From IMG/VR virus record IMGVR_UViG_3300021142_000004: a stretch of 64,000 nucleotides of DNA. One strand, written 5' to 3'. The notes below the pieces were generated by a model. That model saw only the letters and a program-made list of their open reading frames with translations. It was not told the DNA's origin and made no database searches. The position numbers and the translations under genes are program-made. Source of the stretch: a virus. Positions 10,743 to 21,005 of the stretch are shown here, piece after piece. Within the stretch, counting starts at the first letter, position 1; the number at the start of each line of letters is the position of its first letter.

Positions 10743-11229
10743 TTTATTATTTTTTATTAAAGTATTCGTAATAATCTGACCAATTTTCATCTTTTTTAGA
10801 AGAATAAAAAGTAGAATCATTAATAATTAATTTGTAATATCCTTCATTATCTTCATCCCCATACATTTCAAATAATTCATGAACCATATCTTCACCACTA
10901 ATATCCATATCATTTTCTATCCAATCCATATCACATGAGTTACCACCATATTCTATACTATTCTTATACTCACTATCGTTTAGTTTAGATTCCATAAACG
11001 TTAATAAAATATTAACTCCAACTTCATCTAATCCATTTATTAATGCTTTTTTCATTTTTTACTTTTTTAGTTATTTTGATAAATCAAATATACGAAAATT
11101 ATTTATTAAAACAAAAAATTTTAACCATTTGGGTTATAGTAAATGTAAAAGGATGGACTAGTTTTGACCCCTACCCTTCTTTGGTCATCATACCATCGTA
11201 CGCTTTTAAACTCATATATTATTTATTTT

Positions 11230-12165
11230 TTAATTTATATCAACAATTTGATTATGGTCGAATCTCCAACCGGTCATTGCACTATGTTCATCAGTAATGG
11301 AATATATGTCACCATCTGGTGATATGAATGTTACTTCATATTCTAGTACTTGACTATCATGATACATTTCACCTTTTGATTCAATATCAATTGAATAATC
11401 TTTCAGTTTGGATATATCAATTCCATCGTCATCTTTCATTATTTTAATTAATATATCATCAATATATCCATTTTGATCAACATGGTCTAATAATGTCATT
11501 AATTCCCAACCCAAAAATTGGATAGGAAAATTTGGTCTTTTAACTTTTACTTTTGGTATAACTTTAGTTGGAACTGATATATATTTGATAATTTCATCAA
11601 TATCAAGTTCCAATTTAATGGTTTTAAAACTATTTTTAATTTTGGTTTTGAATTTAGAAGAATTAATTGTTTTTGTTGTTTCATCAACAAATTTATCCAA
11701 TCCTTCTAATACTTCAACATAATGTTCTTTTTTCTCATAAGTATCACCACCTCTACCAGTCGGAATACTACCATAATAAAAAAATGTATTATGGAATCCA
11801 AAACAGATTGATGTCCCGTATTCATTATTATTTAATAATTTTTTATTTAAAAAAACACTATCTTGCCAAATACTTTTGTCAGTTTCAATAAAATCATTAG
11901 GATTTTTTTCCCACCCCTTAATAATTTTATTGAGTACTTTTCTCAAATTTTTAGAATCTTTATCGAGTTCTTTTAATAAACCCTCAATAATATTTTCTAC
12001 AACAATGTCTGAGTTTTCAACATTTTTTATTCTGAAAGTACCTTGATATAAATCTAATTTGGTAATTTCTACCATTATCTTATTATCACCAAAATGTACT
12101 ATGTCTCGATTTTTATAATCGTTACTTAAAACATATTCCTTACCAATATTCTTTAAAAATTCCAT
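11230..12165 (-). CDS. hypothetical protein
   Basis: 311-aa ORF. Confidence 0.8.
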   Translation of the reverse strand: MEFLKNIGKEYVLSNDYKNRDIVHFGDNKIMVEITKLDLYQGTFRIKNVENSDIVVENIIEGLLKELDKDSKNLRKVLNKIIKGWEKNPNDFIETDKSIWQDSVFLNKKLLNNNEYGTSICFGFHNTFFYYGSIPTGRGGDTYEKKEHYVEVLEGLDKFVDETTKTINSSKFKTKIKNSFKTIKLELDIDEIIKYISVPTKVIPKVKVKRPNFPIQFLGWELMTLLDHVDQNGYIDDILIKIMKDDDGIDISKLKDYSIDIESKGEMYHDSQVLEYEVTFISPDGDIYSITDEHSAMTGWRFDHNQIVDIN

Positions 12166-12346
12166 ATTATTTATTTAATTTCATCATTAATTATTAAATC
12201 CATTAATTGAAGATTGGAACTCTTATTTATTTTTCTTGAAATAGAATAACGTTCCAATCTAACTTTATAGTCGGCATTAATTTTCTCCTCTAAAGTTTGA
12301 GTCTCAATATATCTAGCCTTCTTTTCCATGTTGCAAATATAAGGGA

Positions 12347-12664
12347 TTAAAATGATAAATCATTAAAACGACCCCATTTTCTATATAATTTAAATGGATT
12401 TCTATACTTCATATTATGTTTAATTACACCATCTCCTCTAATTAAACATTGTCTTCCATCTTTATGTTGAACAGCTAAAATAATTTCATTTACCCATCTT
12501 TCATGTTGTTCTAACCCAAAAACAATACCTTCTTCCCCCGTTAAAAATTCCTTATTATATTTTTTATTTTTAAAATCAAAATATTCAAAATATTCAATAT
12601 AATGAGAATAAGTACTACCTGGATTAATTATTTCAACATAATCTCCAATATTAAAATCACACAT
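12347..12664 (-). CDS. SH3/KOW-like small protein with near-terminal RNPFKLYRK tag
   Basis: IGDYVEII..G..Y...G.EG.V; tag followed by TGG where some other copies have TGA. Confidence 0.75.
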   Translation of the reverse strand: MCDFNIGDYVEIINPGSTYSHYIEYFEYFDFKNKKYNKEFLTGEEGIVFGLEQHERWVNEIILAVQHKDGRQCLIRGDGVIKHNMKYRNPFKLYRKWGRFNDLSF

Positions 12665-12671
12665 AAAAAAA

Positions 12672-12923
12672 TTAATTAAATCTTTCAATATAAATTGGTG
12701 TTCTTTCTCCTACATATGCACAATAAACATTATATTCCAAATATTCAATTGCGTCAGAGTATTCCATTTCTTTCATAAGAATTTCGATCATTAATTCTTT
12801 ATCATAAACTAATTTCATAGAGTTTGTTTCAATACCGATTATTGCTTCATCAAACCCATCTGCTTTAAGTAATTCTTCATCAGGATAATTCTCAATGATA
12901 GAATCTAATATATTTTTTCCCAT
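12672..12923 (-). CDS. conserved phage hypothetical protein
   Basis: ADGFDEAIIG...AIEY.EYN...AYVGE.TP. Confidence 0.85.
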   Translation of the reverse strand: MGKNILDSIIENYPDEELLKADGFDEAIIGIETNSMKLVYDKELMIEILMKEMEYSDAIEYLEYNVYCAYVGERTPIYIERFN

Positions 12924-12989
12924 GAAATCAAATATAATAAAAATATTTGACTATTAGAAATTTTAAGTGATGTTAAACGTATAAAATGT

Positions 12990-13250
12990 TTCATTCGTTA
13001 AAAATGAATCGGGGCCGAATCCCAACAATCTATTGCTTTTTCATTTTACCAATAGTCTAACACCACTTAATTTTCCAAGGTAGGAATAGTTCTCTTCCAT
13101 TTCACCTACCAATGAGACAACTTACTAGAGTATTATTACAGTCTCTTACCCGTTTTTAAACCTGAACTATTACGGATCGTTATATATCACACTCCACTCT
13201 ATTAAAGTGGGTGAATCAGGGTTTTTGGGGTGTTTATCATTTCAACCCCT
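12990..13250 (-). ncRNA. candidate structured non-coding RNA
   Basis: Intergenic, GC-richer than flanks, about 8 helices with G-U pairs favouring the minus strand, possible CCUGA/UCAGG pseudoknot. Confidence 0.65.
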
Positions 13251-13255
13251 AAGAC

Positions 13256-13582
13256 TTATAATATTATTTTTTTTTCAAATTTATGTTTTGATAAATTAAT
13301 ATCTGCTTTCCAAGATATTGCTAAGTTAGCTAAACTACATAATGATGTTGCAACTAACATTGGTTCTGGTTTCATGTTAAATATTGAACCTACAACAACA
13401 ATACCAATTGATAATAAAGTAAGTTTATCGGAAATTACATTTTGTTTACCATAATTCCTTAATGTATTATCAATATTATCTAATCTAATTGAATCAGATT
13501 TAATATCCCTAATTTGTGAGTACGATGATGTTGTTATAATCATCATTAAAAATAATAAAAAAATTTTAATCTTTTTTCTCAT
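13256..13582 (-). CDS. secreted/membrane protein
   Basis: Signal peptide plus two hydrophobic segments. Confidence 0.65.
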   Translation of the reverse strand: MRKKIKIFLLFLMMIITTSSYSQIRDIKSDSIRLDNIDNTLRNYGKQNVISDKLTLLSIGIVVVGSIFNMKPEPMLVATSLCSLANLAISWKADINLSKHKFEKKIIL

Positions 13583-13812
13583 AAAAATATCCTTTTTCAT
13601 CATAACATAATTTCCTTAATTCTTCCCATGTTGGTTTTGTATTTTCAGGGACAAAGAATTCAATCCCCCATCCTGATGCACATACTTCATCCACTTCACC
13701 AGTTAAATCTAAATATGCTACTCTAACTGCAATTCTTAAAGGATAATCTGAACCACTAGGTAATTCACCTATATCACCACCAATTAAACAACTCCAATAT
13801 TTTTTTGCCATA

Positions 13813-14049
13813 TTATTTTCTATATAATTTAAATTTACCTCTATGTACTTTTTTAACGTATGGTTTATAAACACCATTACCATTAACTCCACCAAAATAT
13901 ACTACATCATCATCACTAGATTTAAAGATACTCTCAACAATAAATTGTAAACCAGATTTAAATCCATATCCAAGTTGAGAACAATCCAAATGTAAACCTC
14001 TTAATTCGATACATTCAACCAAATTACCAACCTTAATTTCATCTTCCAT
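13813..14049 (-). CDS. SH3/KOW-like small protein with C-terminal RGKFKLYRK tag
   Basis: IKVG.LVEC..; tag at terminus. Confidence 0.75.
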   Translation of the reverse strand: MEDEIKVGNLVECIELRGLHLDCSQLGYGFKSGLQFIVESIFKSSDDDVVYFGGVNGNGVYKPYVKKVHRGKFKLYRK

Positions 14050-14064
14050 AACTAAAATTTTTTA

Positions 14065-14102
14065 AGCAAAAATAAGGGGAATTTTTCAATTCCCCAAATT
14101 TA
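14065..14102 (-). promoter_or_regulatory. fused terminator/promoter (copy 2)
   Basis: 38-bp identity to 2698-2735. Confidence 0.85.
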
Positions 14103-14109
14103 ATTTTTA

Positions 14110-14412
14110 CTATTGATATACCGTGATTACCCGTTCTTGGGGGGTAACTTGTGTACATTCACCCCAACCCTCGAAATCAGTACCATCGTAAGAAGAATAA
14201 TAACCAGTAACCTTGATGTAAACATCATGATCTTTGAAGTGTTTAACACTTTCCCAATGTGAACCTTGATCCATACCACCTTCTTGGTGTACTTCCACAA
14301 TTTCACCAAGACCTAAATCTTCTTTGTCATAATCTTCATATGCAAAGTCACTTACACTACCAATTTTTTCTTCTAAGATCTCCATGATCTCATCAAATGT
14401 TTTCTTTTCCAT
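14110..14412 (-). CDS. conserved acidic phage protein
   Basis: EGG..QG..W..V.HF...VYIK..GYYSSYDG. Confidence 0.8.
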   Translation of the reverse strand: MEKKTFDEIMEILEEKIGSVSDFAYEDYDKEDLGLGEIVEVHQEGGMDQGSHWESVKHFKDHDVYIKVTGYYSSYDGTDFEGWGECTQVTPQERVITVYQ

Positions 14413-14433
14413 TTTGTTTTTTTTTAATTGTTA

Positions 14434-14745
14434 TTAAACTGGTTCATATTGAATGACCATTTTTTCAGTTGCTCTTGCAAATTGAATTGATACAACTCTT
14501 TCATTATAACCATATGAATCAGTTCTGATTTCAATTTTCAAAAATAAATCATCGAATGGTAGTTGATAGATTTCGTACTTTATACCTTCTACACCTTGTT
14601 CACCATCACCATGAACTTCTTTTTCTACTTTGGTTTCTACTCTTGTAGTCCCATTTAATTCTGAAGGTAATTGATAATACCTGTTTGGTTGATTACGAAT
14701 GATAGTTACATTCGCTAACACTAAATTAATTTTCTTTAAATCCAT
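14434..14745 (-). CDS. hypothetical phage protein
   Basis: ORF track. Confidence 0.75.
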   Translation of the reverse strand: MDLKKINLVLANVTIIRNQPNRYYQLPSELNGTTRVETKVEKEVHGDGEQGVEGIKYEIYQLPFDDLFLKIEIRTDSYGYNERVVSIQFARATEKMVIQYEPV

Positions 14746-14756
14746 GTTGTTTTTTT

Positions 14757-15479
14757 TTATTTGTTATTTAATTGTGATTCAATCAATTTAAAATAATTTC
14801 TCATAGGTTTTTGTAATAAAACATAATTCTCTATGATAAAAATTGCTTCCCATATCGGTGCATGATTAAGTATGAACTTTTTTAACATCATATTATATGC
14901 CACACGATAATCAGTATTTTTATACCTCTCAAACGACATAATCATCACTTCTTCTCTTACCAAGTTACATTTATCCTCAAAAGATAAATTATTAAATTTT
15001 TCTTCACTCACATCCACTTCCTCACCATCTTTCAATACTTTGGTGTATGTTGGTATTGGATTAAGTAATGTATGGAGATAATCATGGTCATATTCACATT
15101 TAACAGCGTTGTTAAAGAAATCAGCACCGGTCATATCCAAATCACTACGTTTATTTGGTTCGTGAATTGTATTCCAAAATTCATATAACTTGAAGAATAA
15201 CTCTCTATCTAATGTACAACCCTTTTGTTTTAAGAATTGTGCATCAAACATATGTTTTTCCCAATTTATATCCCAACCTACTACATGACTTGCTTTCAAT
15301 GTATATAGTAGGTTAGGTTCGGCAATACCTTCTAAATGTCCAATAATGGGATTATATAGATATTCAACTTCTCTTGAACTCTTTAAAGAATTGTCAGTTA
15401 CCGCATAATCACTATCTTTTGGATCTCTCTTAAAGTCAGGATAATGATGTTTTATTGCTTTACTACCTATTAATACCAT
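14757..15479 (-). CDS. nucleotidyltransferase-like phage protein
   Basis: LIGS.A...F.R.PKDxD N-terminal motif; LYTLK.SH; YDHD.LH. Confidence 0.65.
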   Translation of the reverse strand: MVLIGSKAIKHHYPDFKRDPKDSDYAVTDNSLKSSREVEYLYNPIIGHLEGIAEPNLLYTLKASHVVGWDINWEKHMFDAQFLKQKGCTLDRELFFKLYEFWNTIHEPNKRSDLDMTGADFFNNAVKCEYDHDYLHTLLNPIPTYTKVLKDGEEVDVSEEKFNNLSFEDKCNLVREEVMIMSFERYKNTDYRVAYNMMLKKFILNHAPIWEAIFIIENYVLLQKPMRNYFKLIESQLNNK

Positions 15480-15484
15480 AACTA

Positions 15485-15539
15485 TTTATTTTAATGATGC
15501 AAATATATGGTATTATTTTTTACTGAACAAATTTACTTT
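15485..15539. repeat. 55-bp promoter-containing direct repeat (copy 1)
   Basis: Matches 17697-17751 with one mismatch. Confidence 0.9.
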
Positions 15540-17691
15540 CTTTTTTAAATTCAACAATTTTTTCTTTAATGTTGTAATAGTTATCTTTATTTTTTATATC
15601 AATATCGTACTTTTTAACCATATTCCTGATTTGATTTTCAGTAAGTTGTGAATTAACAGATAAATAGTCAATCATCTCCATTAAAAGATCCTTATATTTA
15701 TCCATGACTTCATCAACTTCTTTTTCTGCTGTTTCAATTAATTTTTTTGATATTTTTTCAGCATCTAACAATAAATTTTCACTCCTAAATGAAACAATTT
15801 CAGAATCCGTATGTCTTATAACAAATGGAGAATTACCATGACCATAAGCTTTAATCATCATATTAGAGGTTTCAGTTACTGAAGATAAATCAGAATAAGA
15901 ACCAGACGATAACATTTCTTCACTTTTTAGTACGTATTTTTCCGCTGCCCTACCACCTAAAGCAATTAAGATGTTTAAATATTGTATCTCTTTAGTTTTA
16001 ATATCAGGTAATTCAATTCGACAAAATCCTTCCGCATTTGATGCAGTTTTAGATACTACTAACTTAGGTATTAACTTAGCCTTAATAATTGAAACAAGTG
16101 CATGTCCAGATTCATGAATTGCAGTATATGATTGATTTTCAGATGAATCTGATTTTCTTAAATTTTCAATTTTTAATGTTACTGGATATTCAAATTTCAC
16201 ATCATCAGTTTTTGTCTTAATAATAATTTCATGTGAACTATCAATATAATTAAATGACCATATAATATTATCCGTATCAATACCCTTTAAAATTACATCA
16301 CTAATAATCTTAGTGATAAAAGAATCTATAAAAGTACTTATTGTTGATAAAACTGGTCTAACACCTTGACTGGGAAATACAGATTCTTTATAAACAATGT
16401 CTTCAAGACTTTCAGTAAAAAATAAGTTTATATCAAATTCAGATTTGAAATAATCAATTCTTTGTTTTAGTAACTTTTTAATTATTTTTCTATAAGATTC
16501 ACAAGAAAATGACGGATAAATAATGATATTATTACCCAACCTACCTATCTGCTCCATTCTAAATCTAGTGGATAAAGCATGTTTAATTTTTGATGGTGTT
16601 ATTTTTAAAGAATGTTCATGAAAAATATCAGCATCAGCGTCGGGATTTGATGAATGAGTCATGTTATATGCCTCATCAATATTACCAATAATAAAAATAA
16701 GTGATTTAGATAAATCAAATTTTAATAAAGACTTACCATCAATTAAAACACTATAAAAATGTTTTATTAAATCATCTTTAGTTTCAAACTTAGTTAAAAA
16801 CTCCAAATAACTTGAGTGAGTATGTGTTGAAAAGAAATTTGGATTATTAATTGCCATTTTCTTAAATAAACTTTCAGGGACAATAGTTAACCCTGTAATC
16901 TTATCAACATTAGTAATGCCTAAATCTTTAACATTATATGCTAGTAATTTTTTAGTATCAATAAAATTGTCAATACTAATACAATCTGGATATTCACGTT
17001 TTATAATGTCAATTGATGATTGAAAAAGACAATTTACATGAATAGTATTAATATCGGATGTTTTATAGTATTGTGAAATGTTAGCGTTGCTTTGTAAATC
17101 AGAAATAATCCTAGTTGTTTCAAGAGATTTAGTTCTTAAATTTTTATCAAAAAACATTTTTAAATCCATTTCTTCTAATTGTTTGAAATATCTAAAAAAA
17201 TTAGACTCAAGACGCTTTGGTGCAGTTAAAATACCTGAATCAATAACTTCCCACATAGAACGTAAAGATTGTCTAGCGATTTCAGCACCCTTTTCATCAA
17301 TTGTTCTACCAAATTGTATTTCATCAAAAACAATAACCATATTGTTATCATTTTTTTGACAAACTTTATCGGTTAAATCATTTTTTAATTTCCATTCACT
17401 ATCATTAGCATATTCACCAATATCAAACCTTACATACTTATTTTCTAAATCAAGTAATTTAACTAAACGTTCAACTAAGTCTGTTTTACCAGTTGCAGTC
17501 ATACCAAATAAATTAATAATTAATGGTCTCTTTAATGACTTTGGAAAAACATAATAAGATCTAATATTATCTATAATATTATCAATAACCGAATCTAAAC
17601 CTATATACTCACTTTTTAATTGTTCTTTAACAATTTCCAAATTAGCGTTTTTCTTAACAATATTTTTTCTTTCTTTTAATGTTATTTTCAT
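15520..17691 (-). CDS. soluble Clp-type AAA+ ATPase fused to M41 (FtsH-type) zinc protease
   Basis: Walker A GMTATGKT, Walker B IVFDE, GVRP sensor-2, HESGH, GGRAAE, GSYSDL; no TM segment. Confidence 0.88.
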   Translation of the reverse strand: MKITLKERKNIVKKNANLEIVKEQLKSEYIGLDSVIDNIIDNIRSYYVFPKSLKRPLIINLFGMTATGKTDLVERLVKLLDLENKYVRFDIGEYANDSEWKLKNDLTDKVCQKNDNNMVIVFDEIQFGRTIDEKGAEIARQSLRSMWEVIDSGILTAPKRLESNFFRYFKQLEEMDLKMFFDKNLRTKSLETTRIISDLQSNANISQYYKTSDINTIHVNCLFQSSIDIIKREYPDCISIDNFIDTKKLLAYNVKDLGITNVDKITGLTIVPESLFKKMAINNPNFFSTHTHSSYLEFLTKFETKDDLIKHFYSVLIDGKSLLKFDLSKSLIFIIGNIDEAYNMTHSSNPDADADIFHEHSLKITPSKIKHALSTRFRMEQIGRLGNNIIIYPSFSCESYRKIIKKLLKQRIDYFKSEFDINLFFTESLEDIVYKESVFPSQGVRPVLSTISTFIDSFITKIISDVILKGIDTDNIIWSFNYIDSSHEIIIKTKTDDVKFEYPVTLKIENLRKSDSSENQSYTAIHESGHALVSIIKAKLIPKLVVSKTASNAEGFCRIELPDIKTKEIQYLNILIALGGRAAEKYVLKSEEMLSSGSYSDLSSVTETSNMMIKAYGHGNSPFVIRHTDSEIVSFRSENLLLDAEKISKKLIETAEKEVDEVMDKYKDLLMEMIDYLSVNSQLTENQIRNMVKKYDIDIKNKDNYYNIKEKIVEFKKESKFVQ

Positions 17692-17696
17692 AATTT

Positions 17697-17751
17697 TTTA
17701 TTTTAATGATGCAAATATATGGTATTATATTTTACTGAACAAATTTACTTT
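17697..17751. repeat. 55-bp promoter-containing direct repeat (copy 2)
   Basis: Matches 15485-15539. Confidence 0.9.
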
Positions 17752-19046
17752 TTTAAACTATCATATTCATCGTTCATCAGTTTAGCACTGAATTTACTAT
17801 CCAATGTTCTTAAAACGATACCTTCGACCATGTTATTCTTAAAGTATTCTTTACATTCCTTTTCAATTTCTTCTCTTGAATTGAATTCTTTTTTGAAGAT
17901 TTCTTTACATCTTTCAAAACCAAAAATATCCATGTAAATTTTGAAAGTATTATTATCTAGTTTAAGAGCAACACCACTTGAATAATCATCCATACCATAA
18001 AACTTAATGTTTGGTTGATTTTTTGAATCAGGATTATTCTTATTACCAGAACCTTTCCAAGATTGACCGTTTGCTTCACCTCTTAAAATGAATTTTTTTG
18101 GAAAGTCCTCATTATTAAGTTTTTCTTTGATTTTTTCAATGTATGGTTTTGCCAATACAATGAATTGATCATCACTTTCCACCATTTCTCTAATTAACAA
18201 ATCAGGTTTATAACCAAAGAATTTTTTAATTTTTTCCCATAATGTTGGTTCTCTATTTCCAATGACTTTGGAAATCATTACTTCTTTAAGATATTTTCTA
18301 GAAGCAACACTTATTTTACCATTATCAACAATCAATGAAATACTAGAACCATCACATTTTATAGAACCAATTAATGTTACAGGATAACCAATTTTATTTT
18401 CAATATGTCCCCAAAGATTTTTACAATTCATTTCATCTGTCTTATAAACACCAGATGGTAATGGTTTACCACTTCTAACTTTCATTCCATGATTATCAGT
18501 ATTATCAGGTTCTTCCCATTTGGTAATACCTAATTCTTTTGCTAGATCTCTACCCTCACCAGGTCCGTAGTAGTGGTAAAAATGTAGTAGATCATCGTCC
18601 GTATAATCATCCTTCTGCAAGTACTTAACAACTTCTTCAATTGGTAATAAAATACCAACAGAATATGTTGGTTCCAAATCACCAGTATGAAGATTGAATT
18701 TCACCGCTCTAATACGATAGTTTGAACCAAGTTTTGATTTCTTTGAATCACCAAATGGTCTGATAAATGATTCAAACAATGGAATATCACTCAATGAATA
18801 ATCAGGTTGAATATACACCGCCTTATCACCTATTTCATATAGGTCTTTCTGTGCAACCAAACTGAAACCATTTTCTTCAATTTCAATTTTTTCAATTGCA
18901 TTTGCTTGTTCATCACCCTTGAATAGGGGTATTTTATTTTTAATTGTGACGATTTGAACTGGGTTGATTTTTACTTCCTCAACATCTGTACCTCCAGCAC
19001 TTTCAAATCCAACAACAAAATCTCTTTGTAATCTAATTAAGTTCAT
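17745..19046 (-). CDS. ATP-dependent RNA ligase (DRB0094-like)
   Basis: N-terminal OB-like module (A..IE, GD.AVY..PD), KCDGSS, LRGE, EGIVLR, AKL.N..Y. Confidence 0.88.
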   Translation of the reverse strand: MNLIRLQRDFVVGFESAGGTDVEEVKINPVQIVTIKNKIPLFKGDEQANAIEKIEIEENGFSLVAQKDLYEIGDKAVYIQPDYSLSDIPLFESFIRPFGDSKKSKLGSNYRIRAVKFNLHTGDLEPTYSVGILLPIEEVVKYLQKDDYTDDDLLHFYHYYGPGEGRDLAKELGITKWEEPDNTDNHGMKVRSGKPLPSGVYKTDEMNCKNLWGHIENKIGYPVTLIGSIKCDGSSISLIVDNGKISVASRKYLKEVMISKVIGNREPTLWEKIKKFFGYKPDLLIREMVESDDQFIVLAKPYIEKIKEKLNNEDFPKKFILRGEANGQSWKGSGNKNNPDSKNQPNIKFYGMDDYSSGVALKLDNNTFKIYMDIFGFERCKEIFKKEFNSREEIEKECKEYFKNNMVEGIVLRTLDSKFSAKLMNDEYDSLKK

Positions 19047-19686
19047 TATTTTATTTTTTTATTGTACAAATTTATTTTTTATAAATCTAAAAAATCTGAA
19101 TACCAATTCACCTAAATAAAATCCACCAAAAATTATTGAAACTATTGTCTCAACAATAAGTGTATATGGATTATTAAAAAATGAATCACTATACCTATTA
19201 AAATCGGTTATTGTTGCAAATATTGTACCTAATGAAAGAAACATTATTGTCCATAACGTCAATTCAAAATAGGATAATCTTATAAAATAAAAATATTTTA
19301 CCATGTTTATTTTGTTTTATCAATTATTGTTATGTAGGGAAATTTACTAATAATTTCTGTTGCCCAAGATCTTGCTTCCTCATCACTATCGAAATACACT
19401 ATTTCCCTTAAAGGTTCTTTAGTTCCAACAGAATACCATACAGTAACATACGGTTTTTTCCATATTTCATTATTTTTTAAAATATAATAATCATAGTTAT
19501 TAATAATTTCAAAACTTTTAGGATATTCATCATCATCTTGTATCCAACCACCTTGAATCGTTTCGAATCTTTTTTTAAAGAAACCTTTTTTCACCTGATA
19601 AGTGTCTTTCCATTTATATGAAGTCTTAATACTATGTCTAATTTCAACTTCAAAAATTGTGTCTGATTTAATGTAATTTATTTTCA

Positions 19687-20130
19687 TTATTTTATTTTTA
19701 ATTCTTTTTCCATATCTCTCTTAATATCCTTCTCTTTAAGGGATTCTTTTTTGTTGGCGTGGTTCTTACCCTTAGCCAGGAATATTTCGACCTTTAATAG
19801 TCCCTTATCGTTACAAAACACACGATAAGGAACAATCGTTAAACCTTTAACCAATTCTTTTTTCAGTCTATTTAATTCAACCTTCTTTAATAGGAGTTTT
19901 CTATCTCTTGTTGATTTATGACTATATGGTGAATCAGTCTCAGGAATATTAGAATTCCTTATGAATAGTTCATCATTATCAAATATACAGAACGATTCTG
20001 ACAATGATAGTTTACCTGCGAAGATTGATTTTACTTCAGTACCAGTTAATACTATCCCTGCAACTTCATTACGAATAAATTCATAATCAAACTTAGCTCT
20101 CTTATTTACTATGTTAATATTCCGTGACAT
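19687..20130 (-). CDS. smpB: SsrA-binding protein
   Basis: NKRAKFDY, AGIVLTGTEVKSI, RDRKLLL, GLTIVP, AKGK. Confidence 0.96.
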   Translation of the reverse strand: MSRNINIVNKRAKFDYEFIRNEVAGIVLTGTEVKSIFAGKLSLSESFCIFDNDELFIRNSNIPETDSPYSHKSTRDRKLLLKKVELNRLKKELVKGLTIVPYRVFCNDKGLLKVEIFLAKGKNHANKKESLKEKDIKRDMEKELKIK

Positions 20131-20152
20131 GTTGCAAATATAGGTAAAATAA

Positions 20153-20536
20153 TTAACCCACCAAAATTTCTTTTATTTTTCTTGAATTTCCTTTAGTAAA
20201 ACCCTGAGCGTATATTGATGAATTACCATTTGTACCAATAATGATTTGACAACCATCAGCACTCCAAAAGTTTTCTACAACCTGAACACTATTAATTGTT
20301 CTTCTTTGAATGGTTACAACATTTGTTTTATCAAAATAACCCAATTTCTTTGAATAAGTTACATTCTTTGGTGTTATTGTTATTGTTGCAGGAAATACCA
20401 ATGAACCACTAGATCTTGAAGACGATTTGAAAATATATGTACTTCCATTCGTTTGATATTCTAAACTATCATTACCGATTAAATACATAAAAATGTATAG
20501 GAGAAATAATCCTCCAAGAAAATAAATTAAAAACAT
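20153..20536 (-). CDS. membrane-anchored bacterial PH-like domain protein
   Basis: N-terminal TM then beta-rich domain (I.SV.V). Confidence 0.55.
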   Translation of the reverse strand: MFLIYFLGGLFLLYIFMYLIGNDSLEYQTNGSTYIFKSSSRSSGSLVFPATITITPKNVTYSKKLGYFDKTNVVTIQRRTINSVQVVENFWSADGCQIIIGTNGNSSIYAQGFTKGNSRKIKEILVG

Positions 20537-20626
20537 ATTATAAAAATAATAATTTATAAGTTAAAAATAATTGAAAATCACAAACCCAGTGAATTACCAA
20601 TATATAAAATATTTCATTTAATGAGA

Positions 20627-21004
20627 TCATAGTTCTTCTATTGTTTTTCCTGCTAATTTATGTCTTGTTGGGTGACCATTTTCATCCACTCTAACAAAAA
20701 CAATTTTATCCATTTTTAAAATACTTTCTTTTGTTCTTTTATTTCTAACTTCACATTTAAAAGTAATTGAGGTTGTACCAATTGCAACCATTTCCATTCC
20801 AATTTCAACCACATCACCAAGTTTTGCTGGTGATAAGAAATTAACCTCAGACATGAATTTGGTAACAGTCATTTCGGTATCCAATTGACAATAAGAAAAG
20901 ATTGCTGATTCCTCGTCAACCCACATTAAAATTTTTCCCCCATATAGTGTACCTCTTGGATTTAAATCTTCGTATTTTACTAATCTTCTACTTCTGAATT
21001 CCAT
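20627..21004 (-). CDS. acyl-CoA thioesterase (hotdog fold)
   Basis: DLN..GTL.GG..L.W.DE, F..P...GD, FV.VDE.G.P. Confidence 0.92.
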   Translation of the reverse strand: MEFRSRRLVKYEDLNPRGTLYGGKILMWVDEESAIFSYCQLDTEMTVTKFMSEVNFLSPAKLGDVVEIGMEMVAIGTTSITFKCEVRNKRTKESILKMDKIVFVRVDENGHPTRHKLAGKTIEEL

Positions 21005-21005
21005 A

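Noticed and set aside
12990-13250. tmRNA, RNase P RNA or group I intron
   Set aside because: SmpB is nearby and the element starts GGGG, but there is no acceptor stem or CCA end, no RNase P GAGGAAAGUCC core, no convincing P7 elements, and it does not interrupt a gene.
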